From: a virus
Taxonomy: Duplodnaviria; Caudoviricetes
Strand: one strand, 5' to 3'
DNA length: 57,972 nucleotides
Virus record (IMG/VR): IMGVR_UViG_3300031227_000047
Location: 1 to 57,972 of that record
The notes beneath the pieces are model-generated. The model searched no databases and had not been told where the DNA came from. It worked only from the letters and a program-made list of their open reading frames with translations. Shown here piece after piece: positions 45,369 to 55,326 of this stretch (position 1 is the first letter of the stretch; each line of letters opens with the position of its first letter). The position numbers and the translations under genes are program-made.

Positions 45369-47012
45369 ATGACAGAAAATGTAGTTTTAGAAACAGGCTT
45401 AGAATTTGATGTAGGGCAATTAGATGATTTATGGGAAATGGAGAGTAAAACACGAAAGTATATTGTAAAAAGGTATAACTATTTTTCTGGAAATCACACT
45501 ACGATTACAACCCGTGATGAAAAGTTTAGTGATGGGACTAAAAAATCTAATGTAGTCACAAACTGGATTGAAGAAATTATAGAAACATTCGTAGGCTCCT
45601 TTTCTGAATCTCAAATTACAAAGGCAGATGAAGTTCCGTCCAGTGTTAAAGAGTTAGGATTGGATGAAATTCAAACTATAGAACGCGATAGGGATAATAA
45701 CTTAGGGGTAGAATCTTATCGTGAAGTTGCAAAGTATCAGCATTTGAATACTTTGGATACAGAACTTCGTAGGGATGCACTGCTTTATGGATACGCTGTT
45801 GAACTTCATTCTTATAATGCAGAAGAAAAGAAAATAAACGCCGTTCGTTACGAGCCGGATGAATGGGTTTTTGTAAAGGACACAGAAAACAAAGTTTTAA
45901 TAGCCATGCGGAGAGTGGTATTAGAAAAAGGAACTATATTTCAAAATGAAATGCTGGAAGACGAAACTGAAATCATGACAGTTTACACTTCCAATATGAT
46001 TTACACGTATTATCGAAAAGTTGACAATCGGAATGCTACAGAGATTCAAGAGAAGAAAAACGAAGAGGATTATCATTGGAAAGATTTAGACAATCCACAG
46101 GAACATTACTATGGACAGATTCCAGTTATCCAATGGCAAGTAAAACCTGGATTCACCTCTATTATCTCGGATGCTTTGATGTCACAAAATGATGAATATA
46201 ACGAAGTGGATTCAGCCAATGGCGATTCGGTAAAGCGGGATGTGGATTCCCTCTTGAAAATCATAGGTTTCGATGCAGAGGATGTGAAAAGCCACGAAGA
46301 CACAATTCGACAAAAAAGGATCTTAGCATTACCGGAAGATGCAAACGCGGAATACCTCACCAGGACTTTTGATACAGAGTGGATAAATGCAAGGCTGGAA
46401 AGAACCAGAAACCACATTCATTCAATGGCAAGAATCCCAGATGTCCAGAAAATTATCGGAGTAACAGGAAGCGCCTCCGGTATCGCTCTGAAGCTTATGT
46501 ATACGCCGATGGAAAATGCAGCGTCGGAATATATCAAGTGGATAAAACACGGCATAGAGAAGCGTGTAGAGCTTTTAAACGCCATGTGGTCAAAGTTTGG
46601 GGGAACTACTCTTGAGGATTATACAATCACGATTCAATTTCTAATGCCTGTAAATAAAATAGAGGAATGGCAATCGATAGGAAGCCTTGTAGGTGAGGTT
46701 TCTCATTTAACCCGTTTGGAATTACTTTCAGACATTTCAGATCCTACAAAAGAAATGGATGCTGTGATTAAGGAACGCGATGAAATGGGGTTAAGAGCAG
46801 GGATGGAAGAACCGGCCACTGAAGAGGGTATTCAACAACGTTCCGATGCTGAATTTGTTTTGGCGGCAAAAGAAGGATCCAATTTAGAGCCTCAAATAGG
46901 TGAATTGATTCAAACTCTATCAGATGCTGTAACAGATTACATAATGCAATCAGGGGCCATTGATAGAATCTTGAAAACAAGGAAAAAAGAAACTGAGAAA
47001 GGAACCAAGTAA
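45369..47012 (+). CDS. portal protein (SPP1 gp6-like)
   Basis: After TerL; YF.G.H, H.YG.IPV, SGIALK motifs. Confidence 0.88.
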   Translation: MTENVVLETGLEFDVGQLDDLWEMESKTRKYIVKRYNYFSGNHTTITTRDEKFSDGTKKSNVVTNWIEEIIETFVGSFSESQITKADEVPSSVKELGLDEIQTIERDRDNNLGVESYREVAKYQHLNTLDTELRRDALLYGYAVELHSYNAEEKKINAVRYEPDEWVFVKDTENKVLIAMRRVVLEKGTIFQNEMLEDETEIMTVYTSNMIYTYYRKVDNRNATEIQEKKNEEDYHWKDLDNPQEHYYGQIPVIQWQVKPGFTSIISDALMSQNDEYNEVDSANGDSVKRDVDSLLKIIGFDAEDVKSHEDTIRQKRILALPEDANAEYLTRTFDTEWINARLERTRNHIHSMARIPDVQKIIGVTGSASGIALKLMYTPMENAASEYIKWIKHGIEKRVELLNAMWSKFGGTTLEDYTITIQFLMPVNKIEEWQSIGSLVGEVSHLTRLELLSDISDPTKEMDAVIKERDEMGLRAGMEEPATEEGIQQRSDAEFVLAAKEGSNLEPQIGELIQTLSDAVTDYIMQSGAIDRILKTRKKETEKGTK

Positions 47013-47014
47013 AA

Positions 47015-47371
47015 ATGAAAAGATGTTTTGTTACCTTTGAGAAATTTCAAGTGGAGTTTCGTGTTTACAAAACAGTAAAGGGAATGAGACGGTGCAAAGA
47101 TTTTTTAGGAAATGTAGACAGAAAAAAATTGATTGGATGTTGTAATTCTTTTGAAACAAAAGCTATTATTTATTTAAATGAAGAAAAAAGAGGAGTGGGA
47201 ATAGTAGCACATGAGATTTTTCATGCTGTTCATAGACTTATGATGTATAGAAAACGGAATGTTGATTTTGAAGAGTGTGCTGAATTTATGGAAGCTCTTA
47301 CGAGGCATTTTTGGGCTTGGTGGTGGGATTGTAAAGATAAGGGATATTGGAAAGAAGATTTAGGAGTTTAA
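47015..47371 (+). CDS. HExxH metallopeptidase-like protein
   Basis: IVAHEIFH...EECA. Confidence 0.6.
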   Translation: MKRCFVTFEKFQVEFRVYKTVKGMRRCKDFLGNVDRKKLIGCCNSFETKAIIYLNEEKRGVGIVAHEIFHAVHRLMMYRKRNVDFEECAEFMEALTRHFWAWWWDCKDKGYWKEDLGV

Positions 47372-47374
47372 ATT

Positions 47375-48202
47375 ATGGCTACCGAAAAAGAAATCCAAGA
47401 TGTAGTAGATGCCGCTGCAATTCCTCCTATTTCTGAGGCTGAAATAAAGGGAATGCTCCTTGCAACTGGCTTAGCTGAATTGACGGAAGATACAGAACTT
47501 TTAAAGTATCTAAAAGATACCGTGAATGGGACAATGGAGGAAATGTCTCCTGCTTTTTATAGTGCTGTGAAAGACCAACTCTCTTTAGACGCTTCAGACC
47601 TTACCTTGAACGCTGCAAGAAATATAGCAGAATCCAGGGCTGAATTATTTGCTTCCAATATGACTAAAACAGAATTGAAGAAAATGGGAGAGGCAATAGC
47701 AAAAGGTTTAGAAGAAGGAAAACACCCGTTTGACGTTGCCAAGTCTTTAGATTCAGTACGAGGTTTGGATTCAGTAAGAGCAAAACAACTTGATAAATAC
47801 CAAGAATATCTTGCAGGTCTTGATATTTCGGATGCTGAATATCAAAGGCGTTATGAAAACCGATATGCAAAGCTTTTAAATGATAGGAAGAAAAGCATTG
47901 CTCATACTGAAATGAGATATGCCCAAAGTGAAGGTCACCATTTAGAAGCAGTTAATATGGGAATGAGGTATAAGGTTTGGATGACAGTGGGAGATCAAAG
48001 GGTCAGCGATGTTTGCCAATCCGCTGAAGGGGATGGATGGATTCCTATGAACAAATTCTTTTCAGGTGTTTCTTCTTTACACCCTCCCGGTCATCCAAAT
48101 TGCAGATGCACTTTATCCTATAGGTTTTTAGAACCAACTGGAGTAGCTAAAGAAAGAGCGGATGCAAGAATTGAACAAACCAAAATAGCGAAGGATGAAT
48201 AA
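47375..48202 (+). CDS. head morphogenesis protein (SPP1 gp7/MuF)
   Basis: IAHTE, K.W..VGD.RV...C, PPGHPNCRC. Confidence 0.9.
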   Translation: MATEKEIQDVVDAAAIPPISEAEIKGMLLATGLAELTEDTELLKYLKDTVNGTMEEMSPAFYSAVKDQLSLDASDLTLNAARNIAESRAELFASNMTKTELKKMGEAIAKGLEEGKHPFDVAKSLDSVRGLDSVRAKQLDKYQEYLAGLDISDAEYQRRYENRYAKLLNDRKKSIAHTEMRYAQSEGHHLEAVNMGMRYKVWMTVGDQRVSDVCQSAEGDGWIPMNKFFSGVSSLHPPGHPNCRCTLSYRFLEPTGVAKERADARIEQTKIAKDE

Positions 48203-48423
48203 TGAAATGTCCTGATTGTGGCGGTGATTCTAGAGTTCGATCTACAATGAAGCCAACAGAAAAGGTTCCTTTTAAACGCCGGTATCGAATCTGTAAGAAG
48301 TGTGGTTTCAATTTTGTAACCTATGAAGGAATGATAAAAATGGATGCTGATTGTTCCAAGGATATTGAGAAAGCTGTGGAAATGTTGGATACAGCTTCAG
48401 ATATTCTGGATAAGTATTTTTAA
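48202..48423 (+). CDS. NrdR-N/Ogr-like Zn-ribbon regulator
   Basis: MKCPDCG..SRV..T...RRYRICKKCGFNFVTYE. Confidence 0.75.
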   Translation: MKCPDCGGDSRVRSTMKPTEKVPFKRRYRICKKCGFNFVTYEGMIKMDADCSKDIEKAVEMLDTASDILDKYF

Positions 48424-48453
48424 ATGTAGGTTATTTTTTACATATTTCTATAG

Positions 48454-48491
48454 ATACACGCATTTTTCAAAAAGTGCGTGTATTCTTTTTG
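48454..48491 (+). terminator. putative terminator/hairpin before scaffold gene
   Basis: ATACACGCA...TGCGTGTAT + TCTTTTT. Confidence 0.5.
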
Positions 48492-48527
48492 TGAAGAAAT
48501 AAATTTTAAACCTAAGGAGAGGAAGTT

Positions 48528-49247
48528 ATGTTAGAAGAGAAAACGGGACTGGAAGGGGGAACTGGTATTCAGGATCCTTTGCCAGTAACGGAAAATGACC
48601 CTGCGAATAAGCCTTCGCTGGAAGAAATTATGGCTGGACTTGTCGAAGAGTATGGAGAAGATGCCGTGTCTTCGGCTCCTGTGGTTCAGCAAGTAGCAGA
48701 TCGTAGAGTTTCTCAGGCTATGACCAAAGCAGAACGCAAGATGCGGGAAGCTGAGGCAGCTGCGACAAAAAAAGCCCTTCGTACAGCTAAAGAAACTAAA
48801 CTTTTGGAAGATAAGCAATATGAAGAATTGCTTGCCTTGAAAGAAAAGGAAGCTTCTGAAGCCACTGCTGAATTGGAAAAGTATAAGCGAGATGAAAATG
48901 TAACGAAGCTTTTAAAAAAGAGAGGCATTGTAGATCCTGATTTAGATGCAATCTTTCATAGTATCCAAACGGAAGATCTAACTGAATTGGACACTTTGCT
49001 TGATTCTTTTTTAGAAGGTCGAGATCGAATGGTACAAGAAGGAATAGAGAAGAGGTTGACAACTAAACAGCCTCCAAAAAGTCCAAAAGACAAGAAACCA
49101 GAAGCGGATTCCGACGATCTATTTGCTCAGATTGCAAAGGCGGAAAGTGAAATGGACTATCCGTTGTCTATTCAATTGAAAGCCCAATTGAAAACAAAGT
49201 CATCTGAACATGGAACTGTTTATACCGTAGCGGAACCAGCTGGTTAA
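48528..49247 (+). CDS. capsid scaffolding protein
   Basis: Charged coiled coil, DRRVSQA motif, directly upstream of MCP. Confidence 0.75.
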   Translation: MLEEKTGLEGGTGIQDPLPVTENDPANKPSLEEIMAGLVEEYGEDAVSSAPVVQQVADRRVSQAMTKAERKMREAEAAATKKALRTAKETKLLEDKQYEELLALKEKEASEATAELEKYKRDENVTKLLKKRGIVDPDLDAIFHSIQTEDLTELDTLLDSFLEGRDRMVQEGIEKRLTTKQPPKSPKDKKPEADSDDLFAQIAKAESEMDYPLSIQLKAQLKTKSSEHGTVYTVAEPAG

Positions 49248-49268
49248 ATTTAACAGGAGAAAAAGAAA

Positions 49269-50225
49269 ATGGCGTTTCAATCAGAACCGATTACCACCAC
49301 CGATGTTCTAAACTATGTTGGTGAGGCTTTTTTTTATGGTCAGAAGTTTGGCAAAGCACCGTTGTTAGGACTTCGTGGCCTTTTAACTGGTTTTAAAGTA
49401 GCTACAGGGACTCAGTTTGTTATGGGTAATTTGATTACCGGTGATGATCCAAGTCAAGCAACGCAAACTGAGGATGCTTCGATTGCTACAATGACAGACA
49501 CAAATGTAGGCTCTGCTGACCAAAAAACAAATTACCTCCAGCAGTATCGTAAAACGTATACGATTTCGTATGCAGCCCAAGCGTTGGCTGGAGCAATTTC
49601 AGGAGTAGCTTTGCTTGGTGGTGCACAAACTATTATGCGAGCAATGCCTTTACAGCGAGAAGCTCAGCTGAAGCAGTTTATCAGTGACTTTGAATATTCT
49701 GCTTTGTATGGAACGGCGCAAGCATGGACGAATGCAGCCACAGCGGGAGCGATGGGAGGTATTCTAACAGCTATCGAAGCTGGTAGTGAAACAGCGGCTT
49801 CCGGTGCCACTTTGAGCAAAACTCTAATCGAAACTGAGATTGCTCGAATGGCGGTGGCTGGAGCGGAATTTGCAGATACTATCATTATGGGAAATGTTCA
49901 TCAGATTCAAGTGCTCAACTCCATTTATGGAAATGCTATCCAGTCCAGCTCAAGAGGTGGTTTGGATATTCAGACTGTGCAACTTCCTATTCTTGGTGAA
50001 AGCATGGTTGTTTACAATCCTCAAATGGACACAGACCATTTTGCTGTTATTGACATGGCTCATTTCTCTCCGGTGTTTGGTATTGTACCAGGCAAACCCC
50101 CAGTGTTTACTGAGCCGTTAGCGAAGATTGCAGCGGGAGATCAAGAGCAACTGTTTTCAATGATTTCCGTGGATTATACAGATATTCTGTATCACGGAAT
50201 GATTACTGGCTTGGCTACTTCGTAA
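49269..50225 (+). CDS. major capsid protein
   Basis: TNYLQQYRKTYTIS, FEYSALYG, MGGIL, EPLAK, HGMITGL pattern; position after scaffold. Confidence 0.85.
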   Translation: MAFQSEPITTTDVLNYVGEAFFYGQKFGKAPLLGLRGLLTGFKVATGTQFVMGNLITGDDPSQATQTEDASIATMTDTNVGSADQKTNYLQQYRKTYTISYAAQALAGAISGVALLGGAQTIMRAMPLQREAQLKQFISDFEYSALYGTAQAWTNAATAGAMGGILTAIEAGSETAASGATLSKTLIETEIARMAVAGAEFADTIIMGNVHQIQVLNSIYGNAIQSSSRGGLDIQTVQLPILGESMVVYNPQMDTDHFAVIDMAHFSPVFGIVPGKPPVFTEPLAKIAAGDQEQLFSMISVDYTDILYHGMITGLATS

Positions 50226-50265
50226 CAATTGAAAAAAGACCCTCTGGAGAGGAAGGAATGGACAA

Positions 50266-50703
50266 ATGGAAAATGAAACTCAGTACAAATGTATCAAACC
50301 GATAGGACAAGAGTCCCTAAGAGATCTGCAATGGATTGCTGAGGCTGTTCAGGAATTTGCAAAAATTATGAACGAAGCCTTAAAGAAATTTGTTGTGGCT
50401 GGAATCTCAGAAGAGGACATTGATTTTATTTTAGATGCCCTCAGAGAAAAAGAGCTATGGGGGCCTAAGAATGATGCTACGTTGAATCGTATGGCAGCAG
50501 GTATTGGACGTGGAGCGGCTTTAGGCGTGCTTATCCAAGGCAATGCCAAGACTTCAGCCATTATTCAAGAAACCTTAGCTGAAAAAACTAAAATGAAGTT
50601 TGATAGTAAACAAGAAGATCGAAAAAATAAGAAGGCTCTAAGAGCTGAACGAATTCATCGAAACGAAAACAGAGTTAGCGAAAAGAAAAAGCATAAAGAA
50701 TAA
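50266..50703 (+). CDS. hypothetical protein
   Basis: RBS, co-oriented. Confidence 0.6.
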   Translation: MENETQYKCIKPIGQESLRDLQWIAEAVQEFAKIMNEALKKFVVAGISEEDIDFILDALREKELWGPKNDATLNRMAAGIGRGAALGVLIQGNAKTSAIIQETLAEKTKMKFDSKQEDRKNKKALRAERIHRNENRVSEKKKHKE

Positions 50704-50753
50704 CTTGTGGAACAAATGAATCTTTCATAGATCTACACAAAGGAGAATTAGAC

Positions 50754-51380
50754 ATGGCACACGCACCAGTTAATCACGGACAAATTTTTAATCCCCAATT
50801 GGCAGCAATCATGAGGGCGGAAAGTCTTCATACTGTAGACTTCGATGTTCCCACAGCAGATGATGATTATTTTTTGGCAGCGTCTCAGGTTACTACAGGC
50901 ACGGATCAAACGACAGAGGTTTCTTCTTTTACGAAAGATTCACCTGCCAATTATCCAGTTTGTCCAACTGTCACTGTTGTTGAAGACAGCGGAAGTGATA
51001 TCACAGCGGTTGAAGTTTCGTTAAGTGGAATTGACCAGTTTGGTGATTTCATAACAGAAACAGGATCGGCAACTTATACAAGTGGAACAGGTTGGGTTTA
51101 TGCTTGCAATAATGCCTTCCTGAAACTGGAACTGCTTTCTGTAGTTACCACTGGTGACACTGCAACAAACGACATAGTCCAAATCGGTTTTGCAAAGAAG
51201 TATGGACTTGGGCGAAGAATTGCAAAGACAGCCGAAGTTTATGCACATGAGTTTGATGGAAGCAATGATGCTGGAACCATAAATGCTGCTTATAGCACTT
51301 ATGACATAGCAGGAACACCAAACAGCGATAAAACATTCGGGCTTTTAATGCTTCCGACATTTTATACAGGTAGAGCTTAA
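50754..51380 (+). CDS. head decoration/structural protein
   Basis: Thr/Ser-rich, SGIDQFGDFITET motif, follows MCP. Confidence 0.6.
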   Translation: MAHAPVNHGQIFNPQLAAIMRAESLHTVDFDVPTADDDYFLAASQVTTGTDQTTEVSSFTKDSPANYPVCPTVTVVEDSGSDITAVEVSLSGIDQFGDFITETGSATYTSGTGWVYACNNAFLKLELLSVVTTGDTATNDIVQIGFAKKYGLGRRIAKTAEVYAHEFDGSNDAGTINAAYSTYDIAGTPNSDKTFGLLMLPTFYTGRA

Positions 51381-51400
51381 ATTTATAGGAGGGATTAAAA

Positions 51401-54016
51401 ATGTCTGTAGATTTAAATACTCAGGATAATTTTCCTGAGAATATACCTGGTGCTTTGGAAACAAGCGATCCTCTCCAGAGGGCGAGGGGCCGTTACCTTC
51501 GATGTTTCATTGTTGGTGGCGGTTCCTCACTTTCTGGATTTGATTTTTCATCCTTGGATGATGAGTTTGTCATTTCTGTAAACGGGGCTTTTGAATTTTG
51601 TAAGGCCAATGCTGCAATTGGAATTGATAAGCGGTATTGGTCACGTTTATATCAAGGGGGATATGGGGATAAAGCCCTTCGGAAAGCACAAAATTCTAAG
51701 CTTAAAAAATATTGGGTTGAAACTCCGGCTGGACAAGATATAAAGGAAATTCCAAATGAAGTAATCAGAATCTCATCTGCAAGTAAGCAGAAAATGGTAT
51801 TTACACAAAACTTAAATGATGGTTTGATTTCAGGAGGAAATTCAGGCTTCGCTGCTTTGAATCTTGCAGTAGCATTTGGATTCAGACTGATTTATTTGCT
51901 TGGTTTTGATATGAAAGGGGATGGAAAAGGGAATCAAGCGTGGTTTCATAAAGGTCACCCAAACGTTCAGAAAGAAGATGTATACCTAAATTTCATAAAG
52001 CCATTTGAAGCAGTTGCACCTGAATTGAAAAAGCGTGGAATTCATGTAATCAATGTGAATGAAGAAAGCAAATTGACTTGCTTTCCATTTGAAGAATTTC
52101 CTTCCCGAAGCCGGGTTTCAGTTCCGGGTTTTCGTGGATTTGGGGATCACTTTTACATGAGAACATTGGTAGAATCTTTGGCTCGTAAGCATTTGAAAGT
52201 TTCTGTTCAATGTACCATGCCGGAAGCCTTTTGGGATTATCCTAATGTAGAATTCACAAATCCCCCTACAGAATTAAGAACTCAAAAGAAGCACATATTA
52301 AGTCTTGACAATAATTTATGGGGTAGGTTTGATGGCCTTCCAAAGGTAGCAGAAACCCCCGTTTCTTATGATTGGAAAAACCAACTTGCTCAAAAATCAA
52401 ATGAAAAATCAGTTGCTTATTCCTTTGCAAAATTAAATGGGGTTAATGATTTTGATTTTGGTTTTCCAGTCCCAAAAGTTTGGGGGGATAGAGGCAAAGA
52501 AATCTTAAAGAAGGTAGACAATCCCCAAGGAAAACCTGTTTGTATTGTACATCAATCAACAATTAGAAAAGAGTGGGATTGTCCTTCACGTAGTCCAAAG
52601 CCTGAATACTTTCAACACATTGTTTCCAAGTATAAAAAGCAGATTTGTTTTGTTTCTGTTTTGGATGTGGATGGAGTAAATGAAATTTATGATGGGGAAC
52701 AATTAGAAGGGATTTCTACTCGATTTGAACATGGGGAATTAAGTATTCCAGAGATTATAGGTTTGTGTGCGGAGAGTGGTTTGATCTTATCATATCCTTC
52801 CTTTTTCATGTTGCTTGGCGTAGCTCTTCGCACACCTACTTTTGTACTTTGGGGAGGTCATATTTCCCCTGAGATTCATTTAGATCCAATTATGGGATTA
52901 GAAAAAACTGATTTTGTTTCGCCTATCCCGGCTTGTAATTGTGGTCAAGCTGCTCATGATTGTCTTAAAGAAATCCCAATAAATAAAATTGATGAAGGGT
53001 TTCAAAATTTCCTATTAAAAAATAAGTTGGTGGATGTTCAAGAAGCAAAAGAAGTCTTAAAAAAGGTTTCAAAAGAAATAGAAAAGAAAGAGGAAAAAAA
53101 ATCCTACTTTAAAGAAATTCAGGAAACAACAAGAGTCGCTATTCCAGCAGGGATAGGGGATATGCACTGGATTCTTTTAAAATTGGAGGATTTTAAAAGG
53201 AAGAGAGGAATTAAACACCTTACTATTTCTGCTCATGAAGATTCCGGGCATAAAAATAGTCATGAATTTTTAAAGATGCTTCATTATGTTGATGCTGTGG
53301 AAGATCCAGGGCCGGATTTACCTTGGCCCTGGATAGGAGGAAAAAACAATCCTGATTTTCCATTAAGAGAAGATGTAAATGGATTAGATTTTTTGATGCA
53401 ATTTAATTCTTCTTTAGAAAAAGGAGTTTCTATACAGGATATTCTTCCAGAATATGAAATAGATTGGGAATATCAAATTCCAATTTTTCCAGAATCTATT
53501 AAATCAGCAAAAAATTTATGTCTTGATTGTGGAAAAAAGGTAATTCTTTTTTATGCTAGTTCTGTAGGTGGAAATAACAATTGGGCAAAGGGATTTTGGA
53601 GACCAGAAGATTGGAATGAATTAGCCAAATTTTTAATTTCAAGATATAGAACTCTTCCTATTTTATTAGGTTCTAATTGGGACTTAAATTATTGTGAGCT
53701 TCTTAATCTTTCTTTAATGAGGTCTTTAGTTGGGAAAACTAATGTTTCAGAACTATTTGCATTAACTCAAATGGCGGATGCTGTAGTTTCTTTTCCTTCA
53801 GGTGTTTCAATTATGTCTACTCATTTTAAAACACCTTCAATTATGTTTTGGCCACAAAATCAATGGAGTGAGAAATTTTCAACTGCATGGGTAGATCCAA
53901 AAATGCTTTCCGAAAAGAAATATATACCCATTCACTATGCTGAAAATGATTTTTGTAATGTTGATTTTGTAGCTAATCAATTAGTTAAATTCTTAGAAAT
54001 AGAAGATGATAATTGA
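51401..54016 (+). CDS. three-domain glycosyltransferase (Maf/GT42-like + two GT9-like GT-B domains)
   Basis: IVGGGSSL...NSGFAALNLA..FG...IYLLGFDM; GFGDHF...S.F.L..AL.TP..VLWG; GIGDMH...SLVGKT...SG...S..FKTP. Confidence 0.75.
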   Translation: MSVDLNTQDNFPENIPGALETSDPLQRARGRYLRCFIVGGGSSLSGFDFSSLDDEFVISVNGAFEFCKANAAIGIDKRYWSRLYQGGYGDKALRKAQNSKLKKYWVETPAGQDIKEIPNEVIRISSASKQKMVFTQNLNDGLISGGNSGFAALNLAVAFGFRLIYLLGFDMKGDGKGNQAWFHKGHPNVQKEDVYLNFIKPFEAVAPELKKRGIHVINVNEESKLTCFPFEEFPSRSRVSVPGFRGFGDHFYMRTLVESLARKHLKVSVQCTMPEAFWDYPNVEFTNPPTELRTQKKHILSLDNNLWGRFDGLPKVAETPVSYDWKNQLAQKSNEKSVAYSFAKLNGVNDFDFGFPVPKVWGDRGKEILKKVDNPQGKPVCIVHQSTIRKEWDCPSRSPKPEYFQHIVSKYKKQICFVSVLDVDGVNEIYDGEQLEGISTRFEHGELSIPEIIGLCAESGLILSYPSFFMLLGVALRTPTFVLWGGHISPEIHLDPIMGLEKTDFVSPIPACNCGQAAHDCLKEIPINKIDEGFQNFLLKNKLVDVQEAKEVLKKVSKEIEKKEEKKSYFKEIQETTRVAIPAGIGDMHWILLKLEDFKRKRGIKHLTISAHEDSGHKNSHEFLKMLHYVDAVEDPGPDLPWPWIGGKNNPDFPLREDVNGLDFLMQFNSSLEKGVSIQDILPEYEIDWEYQIPIFPESIKSAKNLCLDCGKKVILFYASSVGGNNNWAKGFWRPEDWNELAKFLISRYRTLPILLGSNWDLNYCELLNLSLMRSLVGKTNVSELFALTQMADAVVSFPSGVSIMSTHFKTPSIMFWPQNQWSEKFSTAWVDPKMLSEKKYIPIHYAENDFCNVDFVANQLVKFLEIEDDN

Positions 54017-54645
54017 TTACGCTAGAAGAAAAAAGAGAAATGCTGCATTGGAATCCTACGTATGGTTTGGGTTACATAAACCTTCATTTTTCTGAACAAA
54101 AAGTGGATTATTTTGATGAATATATTGAGATGGAGAGGGAATCTGCAATTACTAAAGCCTTGAATAAATTCAGGGTGGTTTTGGTAAGAACACTTACACA
54201 GGAACAGGTATTAGATATTGGTATTGGATGTGGAACCTTTATCAGTTCATGCGGAAATGCTAAGGGATTTGATGTAGATAAAAAATCAATCGAATGGCTG
54301 GAAGTACGATCCTTATGGTTGGATCCATTCTTAGGTAATTTGAATGAGACAGAAGCTCTAACTTTCTGGGACTCGTTTGAGCACATTACAGATCCTTGGG
54401 AAATCATACGCAAATTTCATGGCAAATATGTATTCATTTCCATTCCGATTTTTGAGGACAAAGAGGATGCAGTTTCTTCCATTCATTTCAAGCCATTAGA
54501 GCATAGGTGGTACTTCACGGAATGGGGATTGATAAAGCAATTTAAACTTCGTGGATTTAAGTTACTAAAGAAAAGTAATTATGAATCTGAGATAGGAAGA
54601 CAAGGAATTGAAATCTTTGTCTTTAAACAGGAACTAAACAAATGA
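54013..54645 (+). CDS. class I SAM-dependent methyltransferase
   Basis: VLDIGIGCG.F, GFDVD, TFWDSFEHI.DP, EH.WYF. Confidence 0.85.
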   Translation: MITLEEKREMLHWNPTYGLGYINLHFSEQKVDYFDEYIEMERESAITKALNKFRVVLVRTLTQEQVLDIGIGCGTFISSCGNAKGFDVDKKSIEWLEVRSLWLDPFLGNLNETEALTFWDSFEHITDPWEIIRKFHGKYVFISIPIFEDKEDAVSSIHFKPLEHRWYFTEWGLIKQFKLRGFKLLKKSNYESEIGRQGIEIFVFKQELNK

Positions 54646-55325
54646 GCGATGCTTCAATTCTAGCAGTAGTTCAAAAAAATCCTGAAATAGGTACTTCAGA
54701 TGAAGCTTATATCCAAGCGCTGATTACTCAGGCAAAAATTTATATCAAAGAATATTGTAAACTGGTTCGATATCCTGAATTGGAAAAGGGATATGCTAAA
54801 AGTGGAGCTACTCCGGACACAGATTTAACCAGTCTTTCTACAAATTGGTTATATGTGAGCATTGATGGAACTGGTTTTATCCAAGTTGATCTGACTTTAG
54901 CAAATTGTACAGATGGAGCAGCTACAGCGGCTGAATTACAAACTCAGATTAGAGTGAAAACAGATCACCTTGAATTTCTTGATGTTGTAGTTGAATACGA
55001 TTCTACAAGCGGGGCTGAATTTTACAAAATTACAAGCGATATTTATGGAACGGGTAGCAGTGTTTTAATTTCATTTTCCTCTTCCTATAAACACGTGGCC
55101 AAGGCGTTGAAATTAAGCACTCTTTATGGAGGGACAGAATTTCCAGGAGAGAATGAAGACACGTATTTGGATAGTGCTACGGTTCGTTTGGTTGAGATTC
55201 TTTACAACCGAGCTGGAATCGAAGGAATGGATAGTGTTTCGTTTATTGGTGGAATGAGTCTTCTGACAAAAGATATGGATCCTATGCTTTTGTCGATGTT
55301 ACAGACTAGACGGAAACTTATTTGA
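54642..55325 (+). CDS. head-tail connector with inserted domain
   Basis: DEAYIQALITQA...IKEYC...YNRAGIEG..S.S...L...L...RK flanking a ~120 aa insert. Confidence 0.75.
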   Translation: MSDASILAVVQKNPEIGTSDEAYIQALITQAKIYIKEYCKLVRYPELEKGYAKSGATPDTDLTSLSTNWLYVSIDGTGFIQVDLTLANCTDGAATAAELQTQIRVKTDHLEFLDVVVEYDSTSGAEFYKITSDIYGTGSSVLISFSSSYKHVAKALKLSTLYGGTEFPGENEDTYLDSATVRLVEILYNRAGIEGMDSVSFIGGMSLLTKDMDPMLLSMLQTRRKLI

Positions 55326-55326
55326 A

